From Aureliella sp. (GTDB taxonomy: Bacteria > Planctomycetota > Planctomycetia > Pirellulales > Pirellulaceae), in contig OY829846.1 of assembly GCA_963691875.1 (NCBI GenBank), forward strand, positions 2,592,001 to 2,656,000: a stretch of 64,000 bases of DNA, written 5' to 3'. Shown piece by piece: positions 22,622 through 31,309 of the stretch. The stretch's first letter is position 1. Each line of letters begins with the position of its first letter. The notes below the pieces were generated by a model, which saw nothing but the letters and a program-made list of their open reading frames with translations, did no database searches and had not been told where the DNA came from. Made by a program: the position numbers and the translations under genes.

Positions 22622-23488
22622 ATGCACATAAATCCACCAGCAAGACTTCTTTTGCTTCTCGTCTGCACTGCCATATCCACACGAGTCATGGCAGAGCAAC
22701 CCTTAGCGGTCTTTGTCGTTGGCACGCACCATTACAGCCCACAGCTGACAATGCCTCCCTTAGCCAGGCAGCTTGAGCAGGTTGGCTTCCGTTGTAAAGT
22801 GATTCTTCCAGAAGGTGATCCAGAGAAAAAGCAAACTGGCATCGGTGACTTATCAGCACTCCGCGAGGCGGATGTCGCAGTCTTTTTCCTGCGATTCCTA
22901 ACGTTGCCACCAGACCAGTTGAAAGAACTGCAAAACTATGTGGAAAGTGGAAAACCGGTCGTTGGCTTTCGCACCAGCACACATGCCTTCGACTACCCTG
23001 CCGAAAGCCCCCAGGCCGCATGGAATAATGGATTTGGCAAGCGTGTCCTCGGCTCCCAGTACGCCGTGCACCTGCAAGGCGAAACGAGCGTCGACTTTGT
23101 GGAGGGCTCGAAGGCCCACCCAGCACTTGTGAACCTCCCCAAGTTTGACGCGCTCGCAGCTCCGGGCACGCTTTACATTTCGACGCCTCCGAGTGACGCT
23201 CAGATCTTGCTCACTGGCACAGGCAATTCCCGCAAGACTGGTGAGGTCACCAATCGATTTGGCAAGCACATTTTGAAGGCAACAATGACGTCGCCTGTTG
23301 CGTGGACATGGGAAAATGAGTGGGGTGGCCGCGTCTTCACGACCACTTTAGGGCATGCAAAATCATTCGAAAATCCGCTGCTCGTGCAATTCTACTTGAA
23401 TGGAATCCAGTGGGCCGCCGGCAAGAACGTCGACGCCGACTTTCAGGCCAAAGGCTTTCAAATCAATCTGCCTCGTAAAAAGAAGTAG
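22622..23488 (+). CDS. ThuA-like (class I GATase-fold) secreted protein
   Basis: Signal peptide; ADVAVFFLRF, GKPVVGFRTSTHAF, PVAWT, GGRVFTTTLGH and NGIQWA. Confidence 0.8.
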   Translation: MHINPPARLLLLLVCTAISTRVMAEQPLAVFVVGTHHYSPQLTMPPLARQLEQVGFRCKVILPEGDPEKKQTGIGDLSALREADVAVFFLRFLTLPPDQLKELQNYVESGKPVVGFRTSTHAFDYPAESPQAAWNNGFGKRVLGSQYAVHLQGETSVDFVEGSKAHPALVNLPKFDALAAPGTLYISTPPSDAQILLTGTGNSRKTGEVTNRFGKHILKATMTSPVAWTWENEWGGRVFTTTLGHAKSFENPLLVQFYLNGIQWAAGKNVDADFQAKGFQINLPRKKK

Positions 23489-23511
23489 TCAGCGCTCACG
23501 AGTATTACCAG

Positions 23512-24435
23512 ATGCGCAAGCCATCCATAGCCGTAGTTGGTTCAATCAATTTAGATCTCGTCATTCAATGCGAGGCACTACCCCGAGCCGGAGAGACGTT
23601 GTTTGGCTCTGATCTAACCGAGTATTACGGCGGCAAAGGAGCAAACCAAGCGGTCGCAGCCGCTCGAGCTGGCTCGGATGTGCTGATGATCGGAAGAGTC
23701 GGCGACGATTCATTCGGGGCACGGCTTCGCGGGAATTTGATGCGTGAGGGGATCGACTGCCAGGAAGTGCTCGCAGTTCCAGCACCGAGCGGCTTTGCGA
23801 TGATTACCGTGGACGCCCAGGGCGATAATTCGATCCTGGTGGTTCCCGGTGCAAATGCTGCGTTAAAACCAACGGATGTCTTGAGCGCTGAGGAGCAAAT
23901 CGCCGAATGCGACTTAGTGGCCTTGCAGCTAGAGTGCCCACAAGAAACGGTACTTGCAGCGATTGAAGTCGCAAAACGCCATCGGATTCCAGTGTTGCTG
24001 GATCCGGCACCTGCTCCGAACGAATTCTCCAGCAAGCTGTTGGAGGTTGACTGGATTTGCCCCAACGAGTCCGAGGCCGCCACATTGACTGGTCGCCCTG
24101 TGACAGACCAGCGAAGCGCAGAGGCCGCCGCGGTTAAATTGCACGAGGCGGGTGCAAAGCATGTCGTGATTACTCGAGGTGCTTCTGGCTGTTTGCACTA
24201 CGACGGAGAGCGTTCTAAGCACATAACTGCCCACCAGATCGATTGCGTCGACAGTACTGCTGCAGGTGACGCCTTTGCCGGAGCTCTCAGCTTCGCCTTG
24301 GCGGCAGACTTTGGTGTCGATGAAGCCTTGGAGTTCGCCTGCACGGCAGGAGCACTAGCTTGCACTAGTTTAGGAGCTCAAAGTGCAATACCTCGGCATG
24401 AACAAATTGCCGCCAGAACGGAGCTTGGGGACTAG
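23512..24435 (+). CDS. rbsK: Ribokinase (PfkB family)
   Basis: VVGSINLD, GGKGANQAVAAAR, GRVGDD, PNESEA and DSTAAGDAFAG. Confidence 0.9.
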   Translation: MRKPSIAVVGSINLDLVIQCEALPRAGETLFGSDLTEYYGGKGANQAVAAARAGSDVLMIGRVGDDSFGARLRGNLMREGIDCQEVLAVPAPSGFAMITVDAQGDNSILVVPGANAALKPTDVLSAEEQIAECDLVALQLECPQETVLAAIEVAKRHRIPVLLDPAPAPNEFSSKLLEVDWICPNESEAATLTGRPVTDQRSAEAAAVKLHEAGAKHVVITRGASGCLHYDGERSKHITAHQIDCVDSTAAGDAFAGALSFALAADFGVDEALEFACTAGALACTSLGAQSAIPRHEQIAARTELGD

Positions 24436-24452
24436 TCTTACCTAACCTACTT

Positions 24453-24530
24453 GTGAGCGAGGCGATTTCATAATCCCGACGCGTGAGCGAGGCTCACGAG
24501 CCAGTCTTTCCGCGCTCACGCTTCGGGTTG
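24453..24530. repeat. REP-like palindromic element (copy 1)
   Basis: CCCGACGCGTGAGCGAGG ... CGCTCACGCTTCGGG, plus an extra half-copy GTGAGCGAGG at 24453. Confidence 0.7.
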
Positions 24531-24709
24531 AGTTTGCTCGCCGGATCGTCACGACTCCCAAAGTAACAATATCCTTTTGTTGCCTAACGTACTTTGCACG
24601 GGAACGACGGCATCTGAATATTCAGATTACAGCCATCACAATCGAACTCACCGTCTAGTCACGATACAATCCGGTCCTATAAGGTGCCACTCTCCGGAAC
24701 GAGAACAAC

Positions 24710-26137
24710 ATGCGTCCACCTAGTCGAATCTCAGCTTTTATTATGGGCTTTCTTTCGCTGAGCAACATTGCCGCTGGGCAGGCAGCAGCTCACGACTCTT
24801 ATTCTCTCCAGGCCGGTGAAGCTCACCCTGACTTTGTCTTACCCAATATCGAAGATGGTTCTGCTGTTGCACTTTCACAATTCCGTGGCAAGAAAGTGTT
24901 GCTCATTCATTTTGCATCATGGTGAGCTGGCTGCCGCAGGATGGTGCCCGTGTGGCACGACTTGACTCGTAAAGCTCGCGAATCCGGCAAGTTGATTCTA
25001 CTTGGCGTCATCCAAGAGCAGCACGCGGAACGCTGCCGCCTCTATGCTCAGTGGAAACAGTACGACTGGACCATGGTACAGGATGCAACCAATCGCTTAG
25101 ACAACTCTGCAGTCCCTATCTTCGTCGCTTTGGATGAAGCGGGAACGGTCGTTGACACTGGCCTACGTCCCAACGAGCTACAAGCTTTTCTTGACAGACC
25201 CGCCGTGAAGTATTTGGCGAATGCCCAGTTAAATCCAGAAAAGCAGATCAATGCATTGGCCAAACAGACCGCAAGCTCAACGGATCCGAAGGCGTGGCAG
25301 GAATTGGCTGAACAACGATTGCTTTGGCAAGGTGACTCAGGCCTACGTCAGGCCATCGCCGACTTTCGCGCCGGCATTGATGTTGCCAACGAGCCTCCGA
25401 TTTCTGCCGAGCTGCACTTCGGGCTGGGCGTCGCGTTACGGAAACGATTCGATTCATCACTGCGAAAACCGGATGACTTTCAAAATGCCGTTCATGCTTG
25501 GGACCAAGCACTCGCGTTGAACCCTAATCATTACATTTACCGTCGTCGTATCCAGCAATATGGTCCACGGTTGATGAAACCCTATCCGTTTTACGACTGG
25601 GTCGAATTGGCGACAGCTGAAATCCGCAAACGCGGCGAAGAGCCGATCAAGCTTAGTGTGCCTCCTTCAGGTGCGGAAATCGCTTTACCAAGTCGCGCCA
25701 AACTTACTGTTTCGAATACCGCATCCGAACCGGACCCGAGGGACGCAATTGATCGTGACCGAGGCATCTTGATCGCCAATCACAGTGTGGTCGTTCCAGG
25801 AAAGATCAAAGCTGGAGCTAACCTTCGCGTTCATCTAGAGTGGCAACCTAATAAGCTCGCGCACTGGAATAACGAAGCCGAGCCGGTAGCTGTTTGGTTG
25901 GATCTTCCCGTCGATTGGGCTGCTGACAATCAGCTCTGGACGCTTCCACAACCGAACGAAATCGAGTCACGCGAGACCCGTCGACTTGAGTTTGAATTAC
26001 AATCTCCGCAGGACGCGAAGAGTATTTTGCTGCAAGGCTACGCGTTGTACTATGTATGCGAAGACGTTGGCGGCCAATGCCTTTATCGCCGGCAAGACTT
26101 TAGTATTTCCGTTGAGGTCGAGTCGAGCTCAAGGTAA
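24710..26137 (+). CDS. Putative selenoprotein: exported AhpC/TSA-TlpA thioredoxin-fold (UxxC) + TPR-like helical region + DsbD-alpha-like C-terminal domain, 475 aa
   Basis: ORFs 24710-24925 and 24941-26137 are in the same frame and separated only by TGA 24923-24925. Read-through gives PDFVLP...LSQFRGKKVLLIHFASW-U-AGC-RRMVPVW, the canonical W-CxxC-xxxP motif with Sec. Confidence 0.8.
24937..24964 (+). promoter_or_regulatory. Candidate bacterial SECIS hairpin 1
   Basis: Starts 11 nt after the TGA: CAGG.. GTGCC-[CGTGT]-GGCAC ..CTTG. Confidence 0.55.
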
Positions 26138-26190
26138 GCTACAGACTTCCCCGTATTTCCTCTCCAGCCTTTTCCAATCAGGAGACACTC

Positions 26191-26742
26191 GTGAGTCGCA
26201 TCGTTTCGTCGGTTGCAAGCATCCTTGCAGCCATTGCTATCCCTGCCTTTACACCGGAGCTGGCCATGAGTCAGAGTGGAAAGATCGTTGTCGGTGACGC
26301 ATGTCCTGATTTTGAAATGAAGGGTAGTGACGGCAAGACCTACAAGTTAGCTGACTTCAAAGGCAAGAAAGGATTTGTGATCGCTTGGTTTCCCAAAGCT
26401 TTCACCGGTGGCTGAACGGCTCAGTGCAAGTCATTCCGTGAGAATGGCAAGGCAATCCAAGAGTATGAAGTCAGCTACTTCACTGCCAGCGTTGACCCTC
26501 CCGAACGGAATAAGGATTTTTCCGAATCGCTCAAACTGGATTACCCAATTCTCAGCGACCCCGACAAGAAATATGCCAAGTCCTTTGGCGTCCTCAACGC
26601 AAGAGGTTTCTCCAGTCGCGTCACGATCTACGTGAATAAAGAAGGCAAGATCGCTTACATCGACAACTCCGTAAAGGCCAAGGAAGATGGAGCGAACGTC
26701 GCCAAGAAACTAGCCGAGCTCAAGTTCGAGAAGAAAAAGTAG
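26191..26742 (+). CDS. Putative selenoprotein: exported peroxiredoxin (AhpC/TSA, BCP/PrxQ-like), Sec at the peroxidatic position, 183 aa
   Basis: GGAG RBS and GTG start. Read-through of TGA 26413-26415 gives VGDACPDF...LADFKGKK..VIAWFPKAFTGG-U-TAQCKSFRE...ASVD...NKDFSESLKLDYPILSD...FGV...RVTIYVNKEGKI, ending at TAG 26740-26742. Confidence 0.85.
26425..26454 (+). promoter_or_regulatory. Candidate bacterial SECIS hairpin 2
   Basis: TGC-AA-GTCATTC-[CGTGA]-GAATGGC-AAG-GCA, with the loop starting 21 nt after the TGA. Confidence 0.6.
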
Positions 26743-28008
26743 CGAGCTGGGACGCCTATCCGATGGCTTCAACGCAGGCACTTCTCTCTTCCATTGGCTT
26801 GAAGTTGAAGCCACATCGATCTTTGCGGTTCTCTGGTACTGTAACCTCGGACTGCGGAGAAAATGTAAAAGCCGAACCACTCTCCGCACTAATGAGCAAG
26901 GCTTCCAGCGACGGCTCTGGTGACTAGGAATAGTCGCGATTGCTCCTGAGTTCAATCAACTGAGCATCGGGTAGCTCGCGAGTCATGCGTGACACGAATC
27001 CTCAGCTGAGATCTACAAAACCAATTCTCAGATCCTCGATGTTCCTAATCGTCGTGAGCGATTCGACTTCTCGAACGGGACAGTCTAGCCCGCCCCATTC
27101 GGATGCACCAACATGCGAATAAGATAGTGCTGCATCCCCTCGGAACACTCCGGAGTACCAACGAGACCGGACATGATGAGGTTAAAATAGTCATCCTTTA
27201 GCTAATTCGAAATGGTCGCCCAATCAAAGCGAACGAACAATAGGGTCACATTCAATTCATAAGCCGAAGCATGTTCCAGGTTCACGTCGAAGCCAACTAA
27301 GTCGGCGGAGCTACCAAAATATGCGAATGGCAACTTGCCCTCGTTTTACCCAGCTCGCATGACACCTCACCTCCGAATTCGTTAATGACAGTTTCTCCGG
27401 GCTTGCGGGGCACCGGATTCACCTCTGGTTGCTTGATCAGGATCGAAACGGCCAGTTGTTCGATTAGCTGCATCCTAGCAAGCACCTCGCTCCATGGAAC
27501 TCACTTTTTCTATCAAGCATGTCAGGCGGCGGCGGTCGCTGTAAAGGCGATTGCACCGGGTGCCACCAGAATGGTGAAGCACTGTCGGTCGCCACGAGTG
27601 TTGAGCGCAAAGATCCTTCCATGGCTGCCATCGTGAGCAGCGAGGATACCGCCAATGGCCTACGCCGACGGAGTCACCACTGCGCTCTGCTACAACGCCG
27701 GTCAGCGCTCACCATTGCCAGAATGATCGCCCGCTGAAAGCCAAATCTGGTCGCTCCCTAAAGCCACTTTTGAATCCATTCCGATGGCTACTCCAGAGTA
27801 AAGTCTGTTTACGGGCTTGCCACAGCTGCAGTATTCCTTTGTGAACAACTCTCGAGATTGCCGGGCAAGACTCCCAGTCGATTCCTCAGTTCTTCCCTGC
27901 ACGCTGGCTTGTCCTGTTTTACACTCGTGTAGCTAGCCTACAATGCAACAGGTGAGCAACGCCCAAGCCACATTCTGCTCAACAGAAAACTTAACGCACA
28001 TCAATGCT

Positions 28009-30150
28009 ATGAACAGCCGAAGTCACAATTCCTTAACACATTTGCTTTCCTTGCTGCTTGTCTCAATGACGGCCAGCGACAGCTTTGCCCAGATCAAAAT
28101 GTCTCCACCGATTGCTCAAGCTCGTCCCAAGATTCTGAAAAACCATGGCGCCAAACGAGTTGATCCTTACTATTGGCTTCGCGATCGCGAAAATCCAGAA
28201 GTCATTGACTACTTGAACAAGGAAAACTCCTACACCGACGCAGCGCTCGAGGACTTGAAGCCACTCGAAGAAGAGTTGTTCGCTGAGCTCAAAGGAAGGA
28301 TCAAGCAAGACGATACGTCGGTTCCCTACACTGATCGTGGCTTCGTGTACTACACGCGCTACGAGGACGGTAAGCAGTATCCAATCTACTGCCGGAAAGC
28401 TGAGGGCGAGGAAGACGCAAAAGAAGAAGTCATACTCGATGTGAATCAGCTTGCAGAAGGCAAGACATTCTGCAGCGTCGTTGGACTCCGCGTTAGCCCA
28501 AATTCGGAGCTGCTTGCTTTCGGAGTCGACTTCACTGGGAGACGAAAATATAGCTTAAAGTTCAAAGATCTATCGAGCGGCGAGATTCTGAACGACTCTG
28601 TCGACAACGTCACGGGTTCGTGCGTTTGGGCTGGCGACAGTAAAACAGTCTTCTTCACCAGAAAAGACCCGCAGACCTTGCGAGCCTACTTGGTCGTTCG
28701 CCACGAGTTATTAACTCCGCCTGAAGAAGATGTCATCGTGTTTGAAGAATCCGACGAAGAGTTCTCTTGTGGTGTGCGGCGTTCTCGATCACGCGACTTC
28801 ATCTTCATCGTTTCGAATCAAACGCTAAGCACCGAAGTAAGATTCCTATCTACGAATGATCCTGAGGGTGAGTTCCAAGTATTCTTGCCGCGTCGCGCCG
28901 ATCACGAGTACTCAGTCGATCATCTTGGCGATCAGTTTTTCATTTACAGCAATGAAAATGCGCCGAATTTTCGCTTGTTCACGACCAGTGCCGATAGGCT
29001 CAATCGTGAGGATTGGATAGAACGAATCCCGCATCGCGAGGATGTCTTTCTGCAGGACTACGAGTTGTTTGAAGACTTCTTGGTTTTGTCTGAGCGCCGA
29101 AAAGGCCTTGTGCACTTGCGCGTTCTCGGCGCGAACACCGATTCAGAGATCAACTACGACGTTCCCTTCAGCGAGTCGGCCTATGTCGCCTCGGCCTCTC
29201 CGACTCCTGATCCAGCGACAGCCAAGCTGCGATATCGCTACACTTCCATGGTGACTCCCAACCAAATCGTTGAGTTCGACCTGGGAACGAAGCAGAGCAA
29301 AGTGCTCAAGGAAACCGAGGTTCTCGGCGGCTTTGACCGTAATAACTACAAAACGGAGAGACTGTGGGCGACAGCCCGCGATGGCACTCAGGTTCCTGTA
29401 TCCGTTGTTTACCACAAAGACACTCCTCTGGATGGTACAGCGCCTTGCCTTGAGTACGGATATGGTTCCTACGGCAGCAGCATGGACCCCCGGTTCAACT
29501 CCAACATCTTGAGTTTGCTTGATCGCGGTTTTGTTTACGCGATTGCTCATATTCGCGGCGGCCAAGAAATGGGACGTCAGTGGTACGAAGACGGAAAGCT
29601 GCTGAAGAAGATCAACACCTTCACGGACTTCATTGACGTCGGAAAATTCTTGATCAAGAAGAAGTACGCGAATCCCAAGCATCTGTATTGCCGCGGCGGT
29701 AGCGCTGGCGGCCTGTTAATGGGCGCGGTCATCAACATGGCTCCAGAACTCTACGACGGCACGATCGCCGATGTGCCCTTTGTCGACGTGGTCACCACAA
29801 TGCTTGACGAGACCATTCCGTTGACAACTTTCGAGTATGACGAATGGGGCAATCCAAACGAAAAAGAGTACTTCGAGTACATGCTGTCGTACTCGCCCTA
29901 CGACCAAGTGCGGACCGTCGAGTACCCGCATCTGCTCGTCACCACCGGTCTGCATGACTCACAAGTTCAATACTGGGAGCCCGCCAAATGGGTGGCGAAG
30001 ATGCGAGCCATGAATCCGGAGAATAAGAAGCTCTTGCTACTGAAGACTAATATGGAAGCTGGACACGGCGGCGCAACAGGCCGCTTCAATCGCCTCAAAC
30101 TCGATTCCACGCGTTACGCATTTCTGCTGAAGCTGGCAGGGAGAAAGTAG
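28009..30150 (+). CDS. ptrB: Oligopeptidase B (S9A serine peptidase) with signal peptide
   Basis: DPYYWLRD, GYGSYG, AHIRGGQEMG, GGSAGGLL, VPFVDV, HDSQVQYWEPAKW and AGHGG. The start could be 27943, 28009 or 28066. Confidence 0.92.
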   Translation: MNSRSHNSLTHLLSLLLVSMTASDSFAQIKMSPPIAQARPKILKNHGAKRVDPYYWLRDRENPEVIDYLNKENSYTDAALEDLKPLEEELFAELKGRIKQDDTSVPYTDRGFVYYTRYEDGKQYPIYCRKAEGEEDAKEEVILDVNQLAEGKTFCSVVGLRVSPNSELLAFGVDFTGRRKYSLKFKDLSSGEILNDSVDNVTGSCVWAGDSKTVFFTRKDPQTLRAYLVVRHELLTPPEEDVIVFEESDEEFSCGVRRSRSRDFIFIVSNQTLSTEVRFLSTNDPEGEFQVFLPRRADHEYSVDHLGDQFFIYSNENAPNFRLFTTSADRLNREDWIERIPHREDVFLQDYELFEDFLVLSERRKGLVHLRVLGANTDSEINYDVPFSESAYVASASPTPDPATAKLRYRYTSMVTPNQIVEFDLGTKQSKVLKETEVLGGFDRNNYKTERLWATARDGTQVPVSVVYHKDTPLDGTAPCLEYGYGSYGSSMDPRFNSNILSLLDRGFVYAIAHIRGGQEMGRQWYEDGKLLKKINTFTDFIDVGKFLIKKKYANPKHLYCRGGSAGGLLMGAVINMAPELYDGTIADVPFVDVVTTMLDETIPLTTFEYDEWGNPNEKEYFEYMLSYSPYDQVRTVEYPHLLVTTGLHDSQVQYWEPAKWVAKMRAMNPENKKLLLLKTNMEAGHGGATGRFNRLKLDSTRYAFLLKLAGRK

Positions 30151-30181
30151 GTCTCTTTCCAATTCTACAGCGTGTGCCTCA

Positions 30182-30519
30182 TTAATCCTGCTGACTCGTG
30201 ATGAAGGCGAAGAGATTTCGCAGGCATCAGTAAAATTGGTCCGAATCTTTCGTGAAACTGCCTGACGCATTTACTTGAAAGCAGGCTTATTAGCAAAGGC
30301 ACCAAGCTATGTCCCAATGGGCATTCACGACCGTTGGGACACTCGGACTTCCTTCTCGCCACAAATGGACTGAGCGAAGGATTAACAGCTCAAGAAATCG
30401 AAGCCATTCTTCAGAAGTCAGAGTTCTTGCAGGCAGCGCCGAACCTCGTCAAACACTCCGCAAAACGCAGTGCTCAAAATACGACCTGCCTTGCGTTTGC
30501 TTACAGAGCATCGCAATAG
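30182..30519 (+). pseudogene. Possible degenerate PP2C/PrpC-type phosphatase fragment
   Basis: DFLLATNGLSEGLTAQEIEAIL...AAPNLV...AQNTTCL resembles the PP2C C-terminus (LLCSDGL...EI..IL...AA..LV...DNIT). LILLTRD in another frame upstream resembles LxQLTRD. Confidence 0.35.
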
Positions 30520-30555
30520 ACTGTTCAGTCGAACTGAGAATGTAGCCACTCTAGG

Positions 30556-31215
30556 CTACTTCGAAGATTTTACGACTAACTGAGATGTTCGCACTTCATC
30601 GATTCCAGCTTCAAAGAGCAAAATTATCTGCAGCAGCTCGAGCTTCTCAGGTGAGGTAGTAGAGCCATCCAGAACAGCTACTCGATCTTTCACGCGAACC
30701 CTCACTCCTTCGCCGAGCATACGTTGCACGCGTGTTGTCAGTTTTGGTTGTAAGAGGATGTTTCGGTCCAAGTGTCGAGCGGGCTCGACGTTGGACACTC
30801 TGAGACGTGGGTAGTAGATGCCCTTGGTAGGTTGAGCGGGCATGGCTCTGTTCATATTCCGCGTGTTAGCTGCTTCAACTCGAAAGTCTTCCGCGGTTGT
30901 CCGAACTCGTCCGACACCGATGGCTTGCTGTGAACCGACGAAGCCAGATAGCTCGCCGCGATCCGAGCCTACAAAGTCGTTGCGGCTTCGATTGCCTCTG
31001 ACAAATCTTTCCGTCCCTTGCAGCTGTCCCGTTGTCTCTTGATTGGTCATGGTGCTTGTCGGCGAAGTACGACCACTAAGCGGACTTCCAACAGAGCGAC
31101 TACCAAACAGCTGAGCTTGAGCCGATTCAGCACTCGGCAGCAAAACAACGAAAGCAATGCAAAGTTGCGTTGACTTGAAGTGTTTCATTGAAATCGCTTT
31201 CCCGAACTCATACAC
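30556..31215 (-). CDS. Secreted protein with a probable C-terminal BON-like domain; last gene of the secretion cluster
   Basis: Signal ending AQAQ; RFVRGNR...FVGSD; C-terminal VRVRVKDRVAVLDG...LLFEAGIDEVRTSQL. Confidence 0.55.
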   Translation of the reverse strand: MYEFGKAISMKHFKSTQLCIAFVVLLPSAESAQAQLFGSRSVGSPLSGRTSPTSTMTNQETTGQLQGTERFVRGNRSRNDFVGSDRGELSGFVGSQQAIGVGRVRTTAEDFRVEAANTRNMNRAMPAQPTKGIYYPRLRVSNVEPARHLDRNILLQPKLTTRVQRMLGEGVRVRVKDRVAVLDGSTTSPEKLELLQIILLFEAGIDEVRTSQLVVKSSK

Positions 31216-31309
31216 AGATACATCCCATTCGCTTAACGCCCAGCCGAAGTCGCTAGCTCATTTGGCTTGTTCCTCTGGATAACGAAGCATTTAATGACTT
31301 CGCTACCTG

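Noticed and set aside
24923..26415. Genome-wide UGA reassignment (code 4/25)
   Set aside because: Several genes end in TGA with ATGA/GTGA/TTGA coupling, Trp is encoded by TGG, and no other long gene needs read-through.
24710..26635. Separate small ORFs 24710-24925, 24941-26137, 26191-26415 and 26408-26635, or pseudogenes
   Set aside because: The TGAs fall exactly at catalytic Cys positions with intact downstream frames and hairpins. ORF 26408-26635 is an out-of-frame shadow.
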